A stretch of 64,000 nt of DNA from a bacterium (GTDB lineage: Bacteria; Zhuqueibacterota; Zhuqueibacteria; Residuimicrobiales; Krinioviventaceae). The notes under the pieces were generated by a model. The model saw only the letters and a program-made list of their open reading frames with translations. It searched no databases and was not told where the DNA came from. A program made the translations under genes and the position numbers. The stretch is taken from assembly GCA_963674595.2 (NCBI GenBank), contig CAXXFV010000015.1, positions 64,001-128,000 of the forward strand, given 5' to 3'. This document shows, in pieces, positions 1 to 11,933 of the stretch. Numbering within the stretch: position 1 is the first letter of the stretch; every line of letters starts with the position of its first letter.

Positions 1-1593
<1,593 letters not shown>

Positions 1594-1842
1594 TTGTTCT
1601 CTCAATTTATTTATGTTATAAAGTGTTGCAAAACAGCCTTAAATATACAAATATATTTTGTGAAAAGCAAATTGAAAATATGTCCTTTTTGTGCCACATT
1701 CCTTTTTCTATATATAGTTAATTTCCGTGAAAAAGTAAATACAAATATTTATTTAAAAAGACAAGTTGTTGTATTATAATACGATATGGCAAAAATTTTT
1801 GATGACAATTCGGTTAAGCTATGCTGTTGTTCATTAAAATAA

Positions 1843-1858
1843 TGGCATGTTTTATGCT
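1843..1858 (+). promoter_or_regulatory. Candidate sigma54 (-24/-12) promoter of the kinase array
   Basis: TGGCATGTTTTATGCT has GG-N10-GC spacing with near-consensus TGGCA and TGCT, 100 nt upstream of the ATG at 1958. Confidence 0.55.
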
Positions 1859-1957
1859 ATTTGGGCGATGAGCGTCTAATTTTTTATTGTATTGAATGTT
1901 ATGATTAGGAGGAATCATTTGCATATGACCAGGGTATGATTTTGGAATATTGATTAT

Positions 1958-4900
1958 ATGAAATACAAATACAGCTATTTATTGATTTTTATATTATTAT
2001 TTCAGTTTTTTGATACACAAAAAAGTTTTTCTATTGAAGAATATACTCCTCAATTTTCAGATCCTTTATTTGAAAAATGGCGTTGGCGTTCTTATCCTTT
2101 TTTAACAGGAAAAGGATTAAAAGATTTGGCCGAAACCGGGGATGGCAGGATATGGTTTGCGGTTAATGATGGAATATATGCTTATAACGGTTACGACTGG
2201 ACTTTGTTTACAACGGATAATGGTCTGGTTGACGGAAGTGTTTCATGTTTATATTCTTCCAGGAATTTTGGGCTTTTTGTTGGAACTGATAGAGGTGTAA
2301 GTCGATTTTTTAATGAAAAATGGGAAAAGGTTTTTAATCCTCAGTTAGAAGCTGAATGGGACGTCTATGATATAACGGTAGACGAAACTGGCGCAATATG
2401 GCTTGCAACGCGATATGGACTCGTACGTATTAATGGGCAAAAAATACATTTTTTCAGCAATGAAAGACGAATCAGAATAATTCTCGATAAAGTAAATCGT
2501 TTTTATGGGCAAAATATGTCAAAGGCAAAAAAAATAGAATACAGGAGTGCCCCTTTTAAAATTCCTGTAAATTTGTCAGGTGACTCGTTAACGGTTACAA
2601 CCATTTCTCAACCAGATTTAGATAATTTGAATTTTGATGTATATAATATTTTATTGGACTATTCAAACTATTTATGGTTTGGTTTAAAAGATGGTGCAAT
2701 TTTAAGGGGAGATTTTCGATCTTTTAATGAAGATAGTTTATATTCGATACGAGTTTATGGCCAAAAAGACGGTCTTTCAACAGGCAACAAACCCAGAATA
2801 TATGTAACTTCTGACAGCACAATATGGACTGTTTCTGAAGGTCTTGAAGGTGGTGTTAATAAATTTATTGATAACAAATGGATCAGCTTTTTTTTATCAA
2901 ATAATGGCGGATCAAACAGGAATTTAAAAGTAGCTGAAACTGATGACGGTGTTGTTTGGATATCCGGGAGCTATGCTTTACAACGTTATAAGGATAACCA
3001 TTGGAGTGTTTATACCTATGCCAGTCGTGAATTACCGATTCCTTCACAAAGGACTCGTATGCATATATCATCAGATGGTGCTATTTGGTTTTGGGGGTTT
3101 GCCCAGGAGCCTGTTCGGTTTGAATATAATTTAGATCAATGGAAAACACTTTTAAATCTCAATTATCAATGTGATACCTCGGATGGAACGCAATGGTTTT
3201 TATCCTTTGACGGAAAAGCCATCCGTAAAAGCGGCAATGAATGGAAGGCTTTTGGTGTTGAAGATGGTTTGATTAAAGATCCTGTGGCACTTTATAGTAC
3301 AAAAAAAGGGGTAATATGGGCTATAGGAAGCCATAAAAATGTTGCTGCCACAGCGTATTTTAAAGACGGAAAGTGGAAAAGAGAAAAACATCCCACTTTA
3401 AGCTGGGGAATTGACCGCAGAGCATTCCTTGAAGACAATCAAGGCCGATTATGGTTTGGAGCGGCTGCGGATACGATAACGAAAACGGGGCAAATGGGCG
3501 GATTGCTTGTTTATGAAAAAAATAAATGGCACCACTATTTTAGTAGTGAAATTCCCAGTGCTATATACGGTTTCGTTCAGACACATGATGGAAATATTTG
3601 GGCATGTGGTTATTTTGGACTGATGGTATTTGACGGGAAGGTATGGAAAAAACAGAAATTTGAGGGGATAAGCAAATATCGAAGTGATGTTATAACGACC
3701 GATTCAGACGGATTTCTTTGGGCCGGTACAAGGGGTTATGGCGTTTTTCATTATAATGGTCATAAATGGATAAATTATCAAATTAAAGATGGATTGGATG
3801 ATACACGTATTATTGATCTTTTCCATAGTTCGGATGATAATTTTTGGGCTGTCAGTTCTACTGGATTTAACAGGCATGATAATTCTATTAATGAACTGCC
3901 TTTTTGGAAAAGTGATGCCCTTCCGGTAGCAATTCATAATCCGGATTGGACAAAAATAAACGAATCTTCTGATGGTGTTTTATGGATAAATTCTTTTTCT
4001 GATGCCTGGTGTCAGCGGACAAAAAGCCAACTTGATTTTGAAATGGCAAAAGAAACAAAGTTTATGACAACGACCTTTAAACCGGATAAATTTGCCCCGA
4101 AAACAAAAATTTCTATATACTTGGATAAAGTTCCTCAACCTGGCAATGCCATTATTTCCTGGGAATCTGTTGACAAGTGGAACAGGACAAGTCAAGATGA
4201 TTTGGAATATTCATACCGGCTCGATGGGGGAATATGGTCGCATTATTCAAAAGTAAACGAAAAAGTGTTTTTTGATTTAAAAGATGGAGCTCACAAGTTT
4301 GAGGTAAAGGCCAGGGATCAGGATTTTAATGTTGAAGCTCAACCTGCTGTTTTAACTTTTAAAGTTCTCCCTCCGGTTTGGAAAGAGTCCTGGTTTCTTT
4401 ATCTTGTTTCCGTATTTACATTTATTGTTCTTTATCAATCAATACACATTATTAAAAAGAACAAAGAACTTTTAAATTCAAACAGTTCTTTAAAAGAAGC
4501 GAATAAAGATATAAAACTGAGTCAGCAAAAACTTGAAAAGGTTAACTATCAATTGGAACTAGAACTTGCTCAGCGTAAAAAAACAGAACTGGCTTTACAA
4601 CAGTCAGAATTACAATATAGTGTAACGATAAATTCGTTAAGTGAAGCCATTCATGTTATTGATAAAGACTTTAATCTGATTCTTTATAATAAAAAGTTTA
4701 AAGATCAAGTAAAAGAGGTGGGCGTTGAGGTTAACGCGACTCATGTAAATTTATTTACTCTTTTACCATTTTTAACAAAAGAACATAAAAACGAATACGA
4801 ACAAGTTTTTAAAGATAAAAAGCCTGTTGTTACAATTGAAGATATGAGAACAGTTGATAATAAAATTATAGTTGGTGAAACTTTCAAGATCCCGGTTTTA

Positions 4901-5608
4901 AAGGATGATATTGTTGAGCAGGTTATAACCGTTGTACGTGATATTACAGCTCAAAAACGACATGAACTGGAAATAAAAAATTCTTTGGAAGAAAAAAAAT
5001 TATTATTAAAAGAGATTCATCATCGTGTAAAAAATAACTTACAGATTATTTCCAGTTTGCTTTATTTACAATCCAAAAATTTGGAAAGTGAACAGGACGC
5101 CCGCTATTTTGAAGAGAGCCGAAATCGTGTTCAATCCATGGCTATCATCCATGAAAAATTGTATCAATCTGCTGACTTTTTAAAGATTAATTTTTCAGAT
5201 TATCTAAAACAGTTGACGCAAACAGTTTTACAAACCTATAGTCAAGATGATAAGAATATTAAGATAAATATAAATGTGGAAGATGTTTTTCTAAAAATTG
5301 ACCAGGCCATACCATGCGGACTTTTAGTCAATGAGTTGATTTCTAATGCACTAAAACATGCGTTTAGTGATGTGGATAAAGGTGAAATAACCGTTTATTT
5401 GGGTAAAAAAATGACAGATGAATCCGGAATGGTTTATATTTTACAAGTCCAGGATAATGGAAAAGGCGGGAATTTTGAAAATAAAATTAAAGAAAGCAAA
5501 TCGTTAGGACTACAGCTAGTTCAAAGTCTCACAAGACAGCTTGATGGTGAATTGAATTTTTATCACGATCATGGTACGAATGTGCAAATTATTTTTCCAT
5601 TTGAGTAA
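1958..5608 (+). CDS. Membrane sensor histidine kinase: signal peptide, beta-propeller repeats, Y_Y_Y-like domain, TM, PAS, HisKA_2/HATPase
   Basis: Repeated D..G.IW..T propeller motifs; YSYRLDGG.W...F.V.ARD; TM after PPVWKESW; H-box [17 protein letters not shown]; [12 protein letters not shown]; DNGKG; SLGLQLV. Confidence 0.93.
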   Translation: MKYKYSYLLIFILLFQFFDTQKSFSIEEYTPQFSDPLFEKWRWRSYPFLTGKGLKDLAETGDGRIWFAVNDGIYAYNGYDWTLFTTDNGLVDGSVSCLYSSRNFGLFVGTDRGVSRFFNEKWEKVFNPQLEAEWDVYDITVDETGAIWLATRYGLVRINGQKIHFFSNERRIRIILDKVNRFYGQNMSKAKKIEYRSAPFKIPVNLSGDSLTVTTISQPDLDNLNFDVYNILLDYSNYLWFGLKDGAILRGDFRSFNEDSLYSIRVYGQKDGLSTGNKPRIYVTSDSTIWTVSEGLEGGVNKFIDNKWISFFLSNNGGSNRNLKVAETDDGVVWISGSYALQRYKDNHWSVYTYASRELPIPSQRTRMHISSDGAIWFWGFAQEPVRFEYNLDQWKTLLNLNYQCDTSDGTQWFLSFDGKAIRKSGNEWKAFGVEDGLIKDPVALYSTKKGVIWAIGSHKNVAATAYFKDGKWKREKHPTLSWGIDRRAFLEDNQGRLWFGAAADTITKTGQMGGLLVYEKNKWHHYFSSEIPSAIYGFVQTHDGNIWACGYFGLMVFDGKVWKKQKFEGISKYRSDVITTDSDGFLWAGTRGYGVFHYNGHKWINYQIKDGLDDTRIIDLFHSSDDNFWAVSSTGFNRHDNSINELPFWKSDALPVAIHNPDWTKINESSDGVLWINSFSDAWCQRTKSQLDFEMAKETKFMTTTFKPDKFAPKTKISIYLDKVPQPGNAIISWESVDKWNRTSQDDLEYSYRLDGGIWSHYSKVNEKVFFDLKDGAHKFEVKARDQDFNVEAQPAVLTFKVLPPVWKESWFLYLVSVFTFIVLYQSIHIIKKNKELLNSNSSLKEANKDIKLSQQKLEKVNYQLELELAQRKKTELALQQSELQYSVTINSLSEAIHVIDKDFNLILYNKKFKDQVKEVGVEVNATHVNLFTLLPFLTKEHKNEYEQVFKDKKPVVTIEDMRTVDNKIIVGETFKIPVLKDDIVEQVITVVRDITAQKRHELEIKNSLEEKKLLLKEIHHRVKNNLQIISSLLYLQSKNLESEQDARYFEESRNRVQSMAIIHEKLYQSADFLKINFSDYLKQLTQTVLQTYSQDDKNIKININVEDVFLKIDQAIPCGLLVNELISNALKHAFSDVDKGEITVYLGKKMTDESGMVYILQVQDNGKGGNFENKIKESKSLGLQLVQSLTRQLDGELNFYHDHGTNVQIIFPFE

Positions 5609-5633
5609 ATAATAATTAAATAGTGGAAGGAAA

Positions 5634-5963
5634 ATGGCAGTTATTCAATTAGAATATATCAAAACGGGAATGGTCCTCAAACAAGATGTTAAAAATACCA
5701 ATGGAGTTGTTCTATTGGGAGCGGGTGGAGTTATTAGCGAGAAAACAATACGTTTTTTTAAAATGTGGGGAATAGCAGAGATAGATATTGTTGACGATAA
5801 TAAAAAGGATAAAATTATTGTCAGTGAACCATTTTTAAAAAAAGCTGAAAAAAAATGCAAAATTTTATTTCAACATACCAATACTTCTCATCCGGTTATG
5901 AAGAGAATTTATAAATATTGTGCTGTTCGTTTTGCGGAAAAAATGGCACAGGAGAAACAATGA
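5634..5963 (+). CDS. Small conserved protein resembling the N-terminal accessory domain of HD-GYP proteins, partner of the HDOD protein
   Basis: GMVLKQDV...GVVLLGAG...KMWGIAEIDI pattern; stop overlaps the next ATG (ATGA at 5960-5963). Confidence 0.75.
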   Translation: MAVIQLEYIKTGMVLKQDVKNTNGVVLLGAGGVISEKTIRFFKMWGIAEIDIVDDNKKDKIIVSEPFLKKAEKKCKILFQHTNTSHPVMKRIYKYCAVRFAEKMAQEKQ

Positions 5964-6808
5964 TTGCTATTGATATTAAAAGTGAAATCTCTGAAAAAAT
6001 AAATCTTCCATCTTTACCTGTTGTTTATGTTAGATTAAGTGAAGCCATTCAGAGCCCCAACACTTCTGTTTCAGATATATGCAAAATAATAAATACGGAT
6101 GCTGGTTTGGCAACACGGTTGTTAAAGATAGCAAACAGCACAATGTATTCTTTTACTTCAAAAGTAGAAACCGTAAAAAAAGCTGTACTCGTTGTTGGAA
6201 CACGTGAACTACATGATCTGGCACTTGCCTTATATGTTTTGAAAATGTTTAAAAATATATCACCAAATTTAATTGATATAAAAGAATTTTGGAAACATAA
6301 TATTGCCTGTGGATTGGCAGCGCGTGCCATTGCATCGTTAAGAAAAGAAGTCAATGTGGAACGTTTTTTTGTAGCCGGTCTTTTACATGATTTAGGAAGG
6401 ATTTTTTTATATATTGCTTTCCCGGAAGAAAGTTATGAAACGTTAACTATTGCAAAAAGGGAAAATAGAATATTATTCAAGGTAGAAGAACAGTTTTTTG
6501 GATATGATCACGCACAGATTGGTGGTTTTTTATTAGATAACTGGGCCATACCTCAAAATTTGGTGGAAATGATTGCCTGGCACCATGCTCCCAGAAAAGC
6601 TCCAAAAAAGTATTTTTTGGATGCTGCAACCATTCATTTGGCCGACATTTTAGCTCATGCTTTATGTTATGGGTATTCGGGCGAACAATTTGTACCACCG
6701 TTAGATGAAAAAACATGGCAACAAATAGGAATTGAACCATCTGAAATAATAAATGTGATGAAAAAAGTTGATGAACAATTCCCAATTGTTGCATCTTCTG
6801 TTCTTTAA
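5960..6808 (+). CDS. HDOD domain protein
   Basis: LPSLP, D.GLATRLLKIANS, FWKH, AGLLHDLG, DHA.IG..L..W and I.WHH.P motifs. Start placed at ATG 5960 after the GGAG SD. Confidence 0.93.
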   Translation: MIAIDIKSEISEKINLPSLPVVYVRLSEAIQSPNTSVSDICKIINTDAGLATRLLKIANSTMYSFTSKVETVKKAVLVVGTRELHDLALALYVLKMFKNISPNLIDIKEFWKHNIACGLAARAIASLRKEVNVERFFVAGLLHDLGRIFLYIAFPEESYETLTIAKRENRILFKVEEQFFGYDHAQIGGFLLDNWAIPQNLVEMIAWHHAPRKAPKKYFLDAATIHLADILAHALCYGYSGEQFVPPLDEKTWQQIGIEPSEIINVMKKVDEQFPIVASSVL

Positions 6809-6819
6809 AGGTAATATAA

Positions 6820-8169
6820 ATGACAAATAATATTGAATATTTAATAAACAGAGTCCGTTATTTAGAAAAAGAAAACTATGCAACCTTATACATTTTAGAT
6901 GTATTATCCAAATTTAATTTGACTATATTGAGTTTGGAAGCAAGTAAGGGCCCTGATGATATTTTTGCTATTATGCGAAAATCTCTTGGTGATTTAAATA
7001 TTTTTAAACTTTTTGCGTTTATGTTGCCAGGTAAAAAAGAGTATGATTTTGATTATATTTTATGTGAACCGGAGCAAGAAAAAAGTTATTTAAAGAAGGA
7101 AGTGGAATGGGCAATAAAAGAAGATTTTTTTGCCTGGGCATTAAAGCAAAATTGTCCCTCTTTTCGAAAAGCAAAAAAGATTAAAGATCAGTTGTTTATG
7201 CAGCCACTGATAGTTGAAGAAAAAGTTTTTGGAATGTTTGTCTGTATTGTAGATGATTTGAGCTTTAGTAAAAATGAAATTTTAATTACGGATGTTGTTT
7301 CCAATATTACCAACACTTGTTCGCGGGCTGTTGAAAGATACAGGCTTGAAGGCAAAATAATAGCAAGGACAAAAGAACTTGAAAAGGTAAATGAAGATTT
7401 AAAAAATGAAATAAAAGAAAAGGAAAAAATTTCCTCACTCCTTGATGCTGAAAGAATAAATATTGAAAATACCATAGAATCAAAAACAGAATATTTACAG
7501 GAAATGAATGCTCAACTTGAGTTTAAAGTAAAATCCAGTAAAAAAACCGAAATAAAGCTTAAAGAATCTTTATCTGAAAAAGATTTATTATTAAGAGAAA
7601 TTCATCATCGCGTAAAAAATAATTTACAGATAATTTCGAGCCTTTTATACCTTCAATCCAATAAAGTAAGGCAATCGGAATGTGTAAAGTTGTTTCATGA
7701 AAGTCAAAATCGTATTCGATCTATGGCTTTAATACATGAGAAATTGTACCAATCCAAAGACATTTCAAGAATTAATTTACGCGATTACCTGAATAGTTTA
7801 ACGGCAGAATTGGTTCAATCTTGTCAATCCGGTAATTTAATATCTCTCGAGTTGGACCTTGAAAATTTATTGTTATCTGTTGAAAAAGCTTTACCGATAG
7901 GCCTTATTGTAAATGAATTGTTTTCCAATTCGTTAAAATATGCATTTCCTGAATTTAAAAAAGGAATTATTTCTATTAGTATGAAAAGGTTTGACACCGA
8001 TAAATATATATTAAATTATAATGATAACGGAATTGGATTGCCGGACGGATTTGATTTAAACATGCACAGCTCGTTAGGATTAAGATTGGTTAGTAATTTG
8101 GTCAAACAATTGGATGGAGAGCTCGAAATATCAAGTAATAATGGGGCACACTTTGGCATTCTGTTTTGA
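6820..8169 (+). CDS. Cytoplasmic GAF-like, coiled-coil, HisKA_2 histidine kinase
   Basis: H-box [34 protein letters not shown] and SLGLRLV; no TM segment; N-terminal GAF-like fold. Confidence 0.9.
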   Translation: MTNNIEYLINRVRYLEKENYATLYILDVLSKFNLTILSLEASKGPDDIFAIMRKSLGDLNIFKLFAFMLPGKKEYDFDYILCEPEQEKSYLKKEVEWAIKEDFFAWALKQNCPSFRKAKKIKDQLFMQPLIVEEKVFGMFVCIVDDLSFSKNEILITDVVSNITNTCSRAVERYRLEGKIIARTKELEKVNEDLKNEIKEKEKISSLLDAERINIENTIESKTEYLQEMNAQLEFKVKSSKKTEIKLKESLSEKDLLLREIHHRVKNNLQIISSLLYLQSNKVRQSECVKLFHESQNRIRSMALIHEKLYQSKDISRINLRDYLNSLTAELVQSCQSGNLISLELDLENLLLSVEKALPIGLIVNELFSNSLKYAFPEFKKGIISISMKRFDTDKYILNYNDNGIGLPDGFDLNMHSSLGLRLVSNLVKQLDGELEISSNNGAHFGILF

Positions 8170-8183
8170 GAGAGGGAAATGTT

Positions 8184-11100
8184 ATGGCGCGTGTATGGGT
8201 GTGCGTAATTTTTTTTATCGGGGGAGTTTGTAATGTTGTATATGGGCAAAGTTATTTTGTGCAAAAATATACTGAAAATGACGGATTGGCAAATACCACA
8301 GTTTCTGATATAGCTCAGGATAGCACAGGTAGAATGTGGTTTGCAACGAGAAGTGGTATTTCCGTGTATAACGGTTATACCTGGAAGCATCCTGCAATAG
8401 AAAAAGATCTTCCCAAAGTTGCCTTTTCCAAGCTTTACATTGATGAAAAAGGTATAGTTTGGGCTTTGTCATCATTGGGAATGACAATTTACTATTTTAA
8501 AGATAATCATTGGTATATTCTGCCTAAAACAAATACCAATGTTAGTGGTTACGAAGTGTCTTCTTTTATTGTTGATTATATGTCAGATTCTCCAATAGTA
8601 TATGTTGCAGCAAAAGAGGATGGAATATTTCAATTTTATGAAAATAGCTGGATTCATATTACCACTGATGATGGACTTTTAAGTAATGATGTAAAAAATC
8701 TGTGCAAGTTTCAGGGTGATATCCTGGTCACTTTATCGAATGGAATATGTATTATTAAAAACCACAAAGATGTAAGGGATATTACAGGCAGTTTACCTTT
8801 ACCGGATTTGCCTTTAATGGGTTTCGGCACAAGTTATAATAACAACAATGAAGATGAACCTATTTTTTATGTTGCCGGTGAAAATTGGTTGGGTATGATC
8901 AAAGATAGTACTTTTTCTTTTTTAACAAGAGATTTGGCGTTTGTAAATAAGAGTGTTAGTTATTACTGGATCGTGAAACCGGACGAATTTGGCGGTGTTA
9001 TATTGGCTAATCAGACTCAGATAAATTATATAAATAAGCAACAGCATATTATGAAACGTCTCAATGCAAAGAATGGTTTGCTTTCTACTGGGGCAACATC
9101 GGTTTTTGTGGATCGAGAAAAAAATATTTGGATTTCCAGTCCTCGTGGCGTTAGCAAAATTGTCAGTATGCGGTTTTCTAATTACACAAAGGTTATTGGA
9201 GCCTTGGCAGATGAGGTTAGTGCTATTGCGCAAATTTCTCCGAATAAATATATATGGGGGCATAATGAAGGTTTGTCATTGTTTGATGGGACTTTTTTTC
9301 AGTTGGTTCCTTTTAAGAAAAAACTGATGGATAAATACCCTGATATTCGGGTGATGGATATTAAAGTGGATAAGAATAAAACAGTTTGGTTTGCAGGATC
9401 GAGAATTGGTGTTGGATATTTAGACAAAAAAAATGAAATAAAATTGTTGAATACCACTACTGGTTCGGTATTTTCACTTAATTTTAATGAAAACAATAAT
9501 TTATATATTGCTGCAACCGAAGGATTATATATCTATAAAGATAAAAGTTTTCACTTTTTGGGCCCAAAAGGAATTAAAAACAATATTTTACGTAAAATCA
9601 CGGTTGATAAAAATGGTGTTTTGTATATTGCATCTGATCTTTATGGCGTTTGTAAATATGCTGATAAAAAATGGACTTTTTTCAAAAGTGACAATAATTC
9701 ATTAATGGATAATGTATATACGGTATATATTGATAGTAAAAACAGAATATTTGCCGGAACATTGGGAGGTCTTTGTTATGTGAATAATAATCGTTTGGAA
9801 AAATTTCAGGAAAAATCGTTTAAAATAAATCGGCCCGTTTATTTGATTTTTGAGGATGACAAAAATCGATTATGGTGTGGGACAGATAACGGTATTGTTC
9901 GCTGGGACGGTAATGAAGTGAAAGCGTTTACACAAGAAAATGGTTTTGTCGGGAGAGAGACCAATAGAAGTGCCGGGTTGGTTGATTCGGATGGAAAAGT
10001 TTGGATAGGCAGTGATTTGGGAGTTTCCTGTTACAACGAGCATTTTGATCTTGATGCTTCAGATATTGTCGCTCCTTTAACAGAAATACTTTCAATTAAT
10101 GTAGATGATGATACACTTGATCCGAATATTGTCAATAAGCTGAATTATAATCAGAACAATTTAATGTTTAGTTTTAGTTGCCTCTCTTTTATTGATGAAA
10201 AGGCTGTCCGGTTTAAAATCAAGCTGGAGGGATTTGATCCTGACTGGTATGATCTTCATACTTATTTTGAACATCATGTTCGTTACACAAATTTACCGCC
10301 GGGCCAATATCAGTTTAAGGTAAAAGCATGTAATGCTTTGGGACGCTGGAGCGATGTGAAAAAATCTGAAATTATTATTATTCAAATGCCCTTTTGGCAG
10401 CAATGGTGGTTTTATTTAATAAATTTTTGTCTGCTTTTTGGAGCTTTTTATTTGGTTTATGACCTTTTAACTAAAAATAAATATGCAACATATCTTGAGC
10501 TCGAGATTAAAAAAAGGACGCATCAGCTTCAGGTTTCGGAAAAAAAATACCGACAATTGTTTGAGGAAAATCAGGCTATTATGCTTTTTGTTGATCCCAA
10601 AAACGAACGCATTATAGATGCGAATCCTGCTGCTTGTCAATATTACGGCTATTCAATTTTTACAATACGGTTATTAAGGTTTAGTGATTTTTTAGTTGAG
10701 CCAAAAGACTTTAATACATTGAAAAATTTTAATTCACCATCATACTTTGTTATAAAACAGCAAAAGGCAACAAAAGATATTCGGGATGTTGAGGTTTATA
10801 GTTGTCCTATAATTGATGATGAAAAAACAATACTATTTTTAATAATTTATGATACAACCGAACGAACAAGCGCAGAAAATATGCTGCGATCATCTGAAGC
10901 CAGATATCGATCCGTTATTGAATATTCTCATGAAGGACACATGATTTTCAACGAACAGTTGTGTTTTGTTTTTTTAAATACTAAAGCATGTCAGATTTTG
11001 GGTTATCATCTTGAAGAGTTAATGGGGAGAGATTTTCGCAGTTATTTAAATCCAAAAAGTCAAAAAATAATTTCTAATTATTTTTCAAAAGATGATAAAG

Positions 11101-11888
11101 ATTTGTTTTTTAATAAAGTCCATGAAATTGAAATAACAAGGAAAAATGGTGAAAAACGAATTCTGGAGTTACGTTCTTCATATTATGATGATTTGAAAGG
11201 TAAAATGCAGATTGCTGCTCAGATACTCGATATTACAGAACGCAAGGAAGCGGAAGACAAAATTCGATCTTCTTTAAAGGAAAAAGAAGTTTTATTAAAA
11301 GAAATTCATCATCGTGTTAAAAATAATTTACAAATTGTCTCCAGTTTGTTATACCTTCAGTCTAAAGGCGTTAAGAATGATGAAGCTTTAAACTTGCTGA
11401 GAGACAGTCAGAACCGGATAAAGTCAATGGCTATGATTCATGAACGTCTTTATCAAACAAACAATTTATCATCAATACAGGTAGAAAAATATATTCATAG
11501 CTTGATGGATAACCTTTTTCATACATTTAATGCAGAAAGTAAAAATATTCGTTTAAAGATGGATGTGCAAAATACATTTTTATCTATTGAAAGGGCAATC
11601 CCTTGTGGTTTGATAATAAATGAATTGGTCTCTAATTCTTTAAAATATGCCTTTCCTGATAAAAATAATGGTTTAATTACCATAACATTGCATGTTGTTG
11701 GAACTGATAATAGTTATATTAAACTCCAGGTATCAGATAATGGTATTGGAATGCCTGAAAGTATCGACCATGAAAAAATATCTTCAATTGGACTTCAACT
11801 TGTTCATAATTTGATTATGCAGCTGGATGGTAAAATAGAACGCTTGCCTGATGATGGAACTTGTTTTGAAATAATTTTTAAGGCCTGA
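8184..11888 (+). CDS. Membrane sensor histidine kinase: beta-propeller (Reg_prop), Y_Y_Y, TM, 2 PAS, HisKA_2
   Basis: YTENDGL...IAQDSTGRMWFAT repeats; YTNLPPGQYQFKVKACN; PFWQQWWF followed by TM; PAS motifs; [17 protein letters not shown]. Start placed at ATG 8184 after GAGGG. Confidence 0.94.
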   Translation: MARVWVCVIFFIGGVCNVVYGQSYFVQKYTENDGLANTTVSDIAQDSTGRMWFATRSGISVYNGYTWKHPAIEKDLPKVAFSKLYIDEKGIVWALSSLGMTIYYFKDNHWYILPKTNTNVSGYEVSSFIVDYMSDSPIVYVAAKEDGIFQFYENSWIHITTDDGLLSNDVKNLCKFQGDILVTLSNGICIIKNHKDVRDITGSLPLPDLPLMGFGTSYNNNNEDEPIFYVAGENWLGMIKDSTFSFLTRDLAFVNKSVSYYWIVKPDEFGGVILANQTQINYINKQQHIMKRLNAKNGLLSTGATSVFVDREKNIWISSPRGVSKIVSMRFSNYTKVIGALADEVSAIAQISPNKYIWGHNEGLSLFDGTFFQLVPFKKKLMDKYPDIRVMDIKVDKNKTVWFAGSRIGVGYLDKKNEIKLLNTTTGSVFSLNFNENNNLYIAATEGLYIYKDKSFHFLGPKGIKNNILRKITVDKNGVLYIASDLYGVCKYADKKWTFFKSDNNSLMDNVYTVYIDSKNRIFAGTLGGLCYVNNNRLEKFQEKSFKINRPVYLIFEDDKNRLWCGTDNGIVRWDGNEVKAFTQENGFVGRETNRSAGLVDSDGKVWIGSDLGVSCYNEHFDLDASDIVAPLTEILSINVDDDTLDPNIVNKLNYNQNNLMFSFSCLSFIDEKAVRFKIKLEGFDPDWYDLHTYFEHHVRYTNLPPGQYQFKVKACNALGRWSDVKKSEIIIIQMPFWQQWWFYLINFCLLFGAFYLVYDLLTKNKYATYLELEIKKRTHQLQVSEKKYRQLFEENQAIMLFVDPKNERIIDANPAACQYYGYSIFTIRLLRFSDFLVEPKDFNTLKNFNSPSYFVIKQQKATKDIRDVEVYSCPIIDDEKTILFLIIYDTTERTSAENMLRSSEARYRSVIEYSHEGHMIFNEQLCFVFLNTKACQILGYHLEELMGRDFRSYLNPKSQKIISNYFSKDDKDLFFNKVHEIEITRKNGEKRILELRSSYYDDLKGKMQIAAQILDITERKEAEDKIRSSLKEKEVLLKEIHHRVKNNLQIVSSLLYLQSKGVKNDEALNLLRDSQNRIKSMAMIHERLYQTNNLSSIQVEKYIHSLMDNLFHTFNAESKNIRLKMDVQNTFLSIERAIPCGLIINELVSNSLKYAFPDKNNGLITITLHVVGTDNSYIKLQVSDNGIGMPESIDHEKISSIGLQLVHNLIMQLDGKIERLPDDGTCFEIIFKA

Positions 11889-11933
11889 AAAATTTAATAC
11901 GGTTGATATAGCATAATGTGCTGAGGAAATAGA

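Noticed and set aside
1767-1783. TGT-N11-ACG and the GTATTATAATAC palindrome upstream of the kinase-array sigma54 site, considered as a third copy of the enhancer motif
   Set aside because: The match is imperfect, has no tandem partner and lies in very AT-rich DNA, so it is too weak to call.
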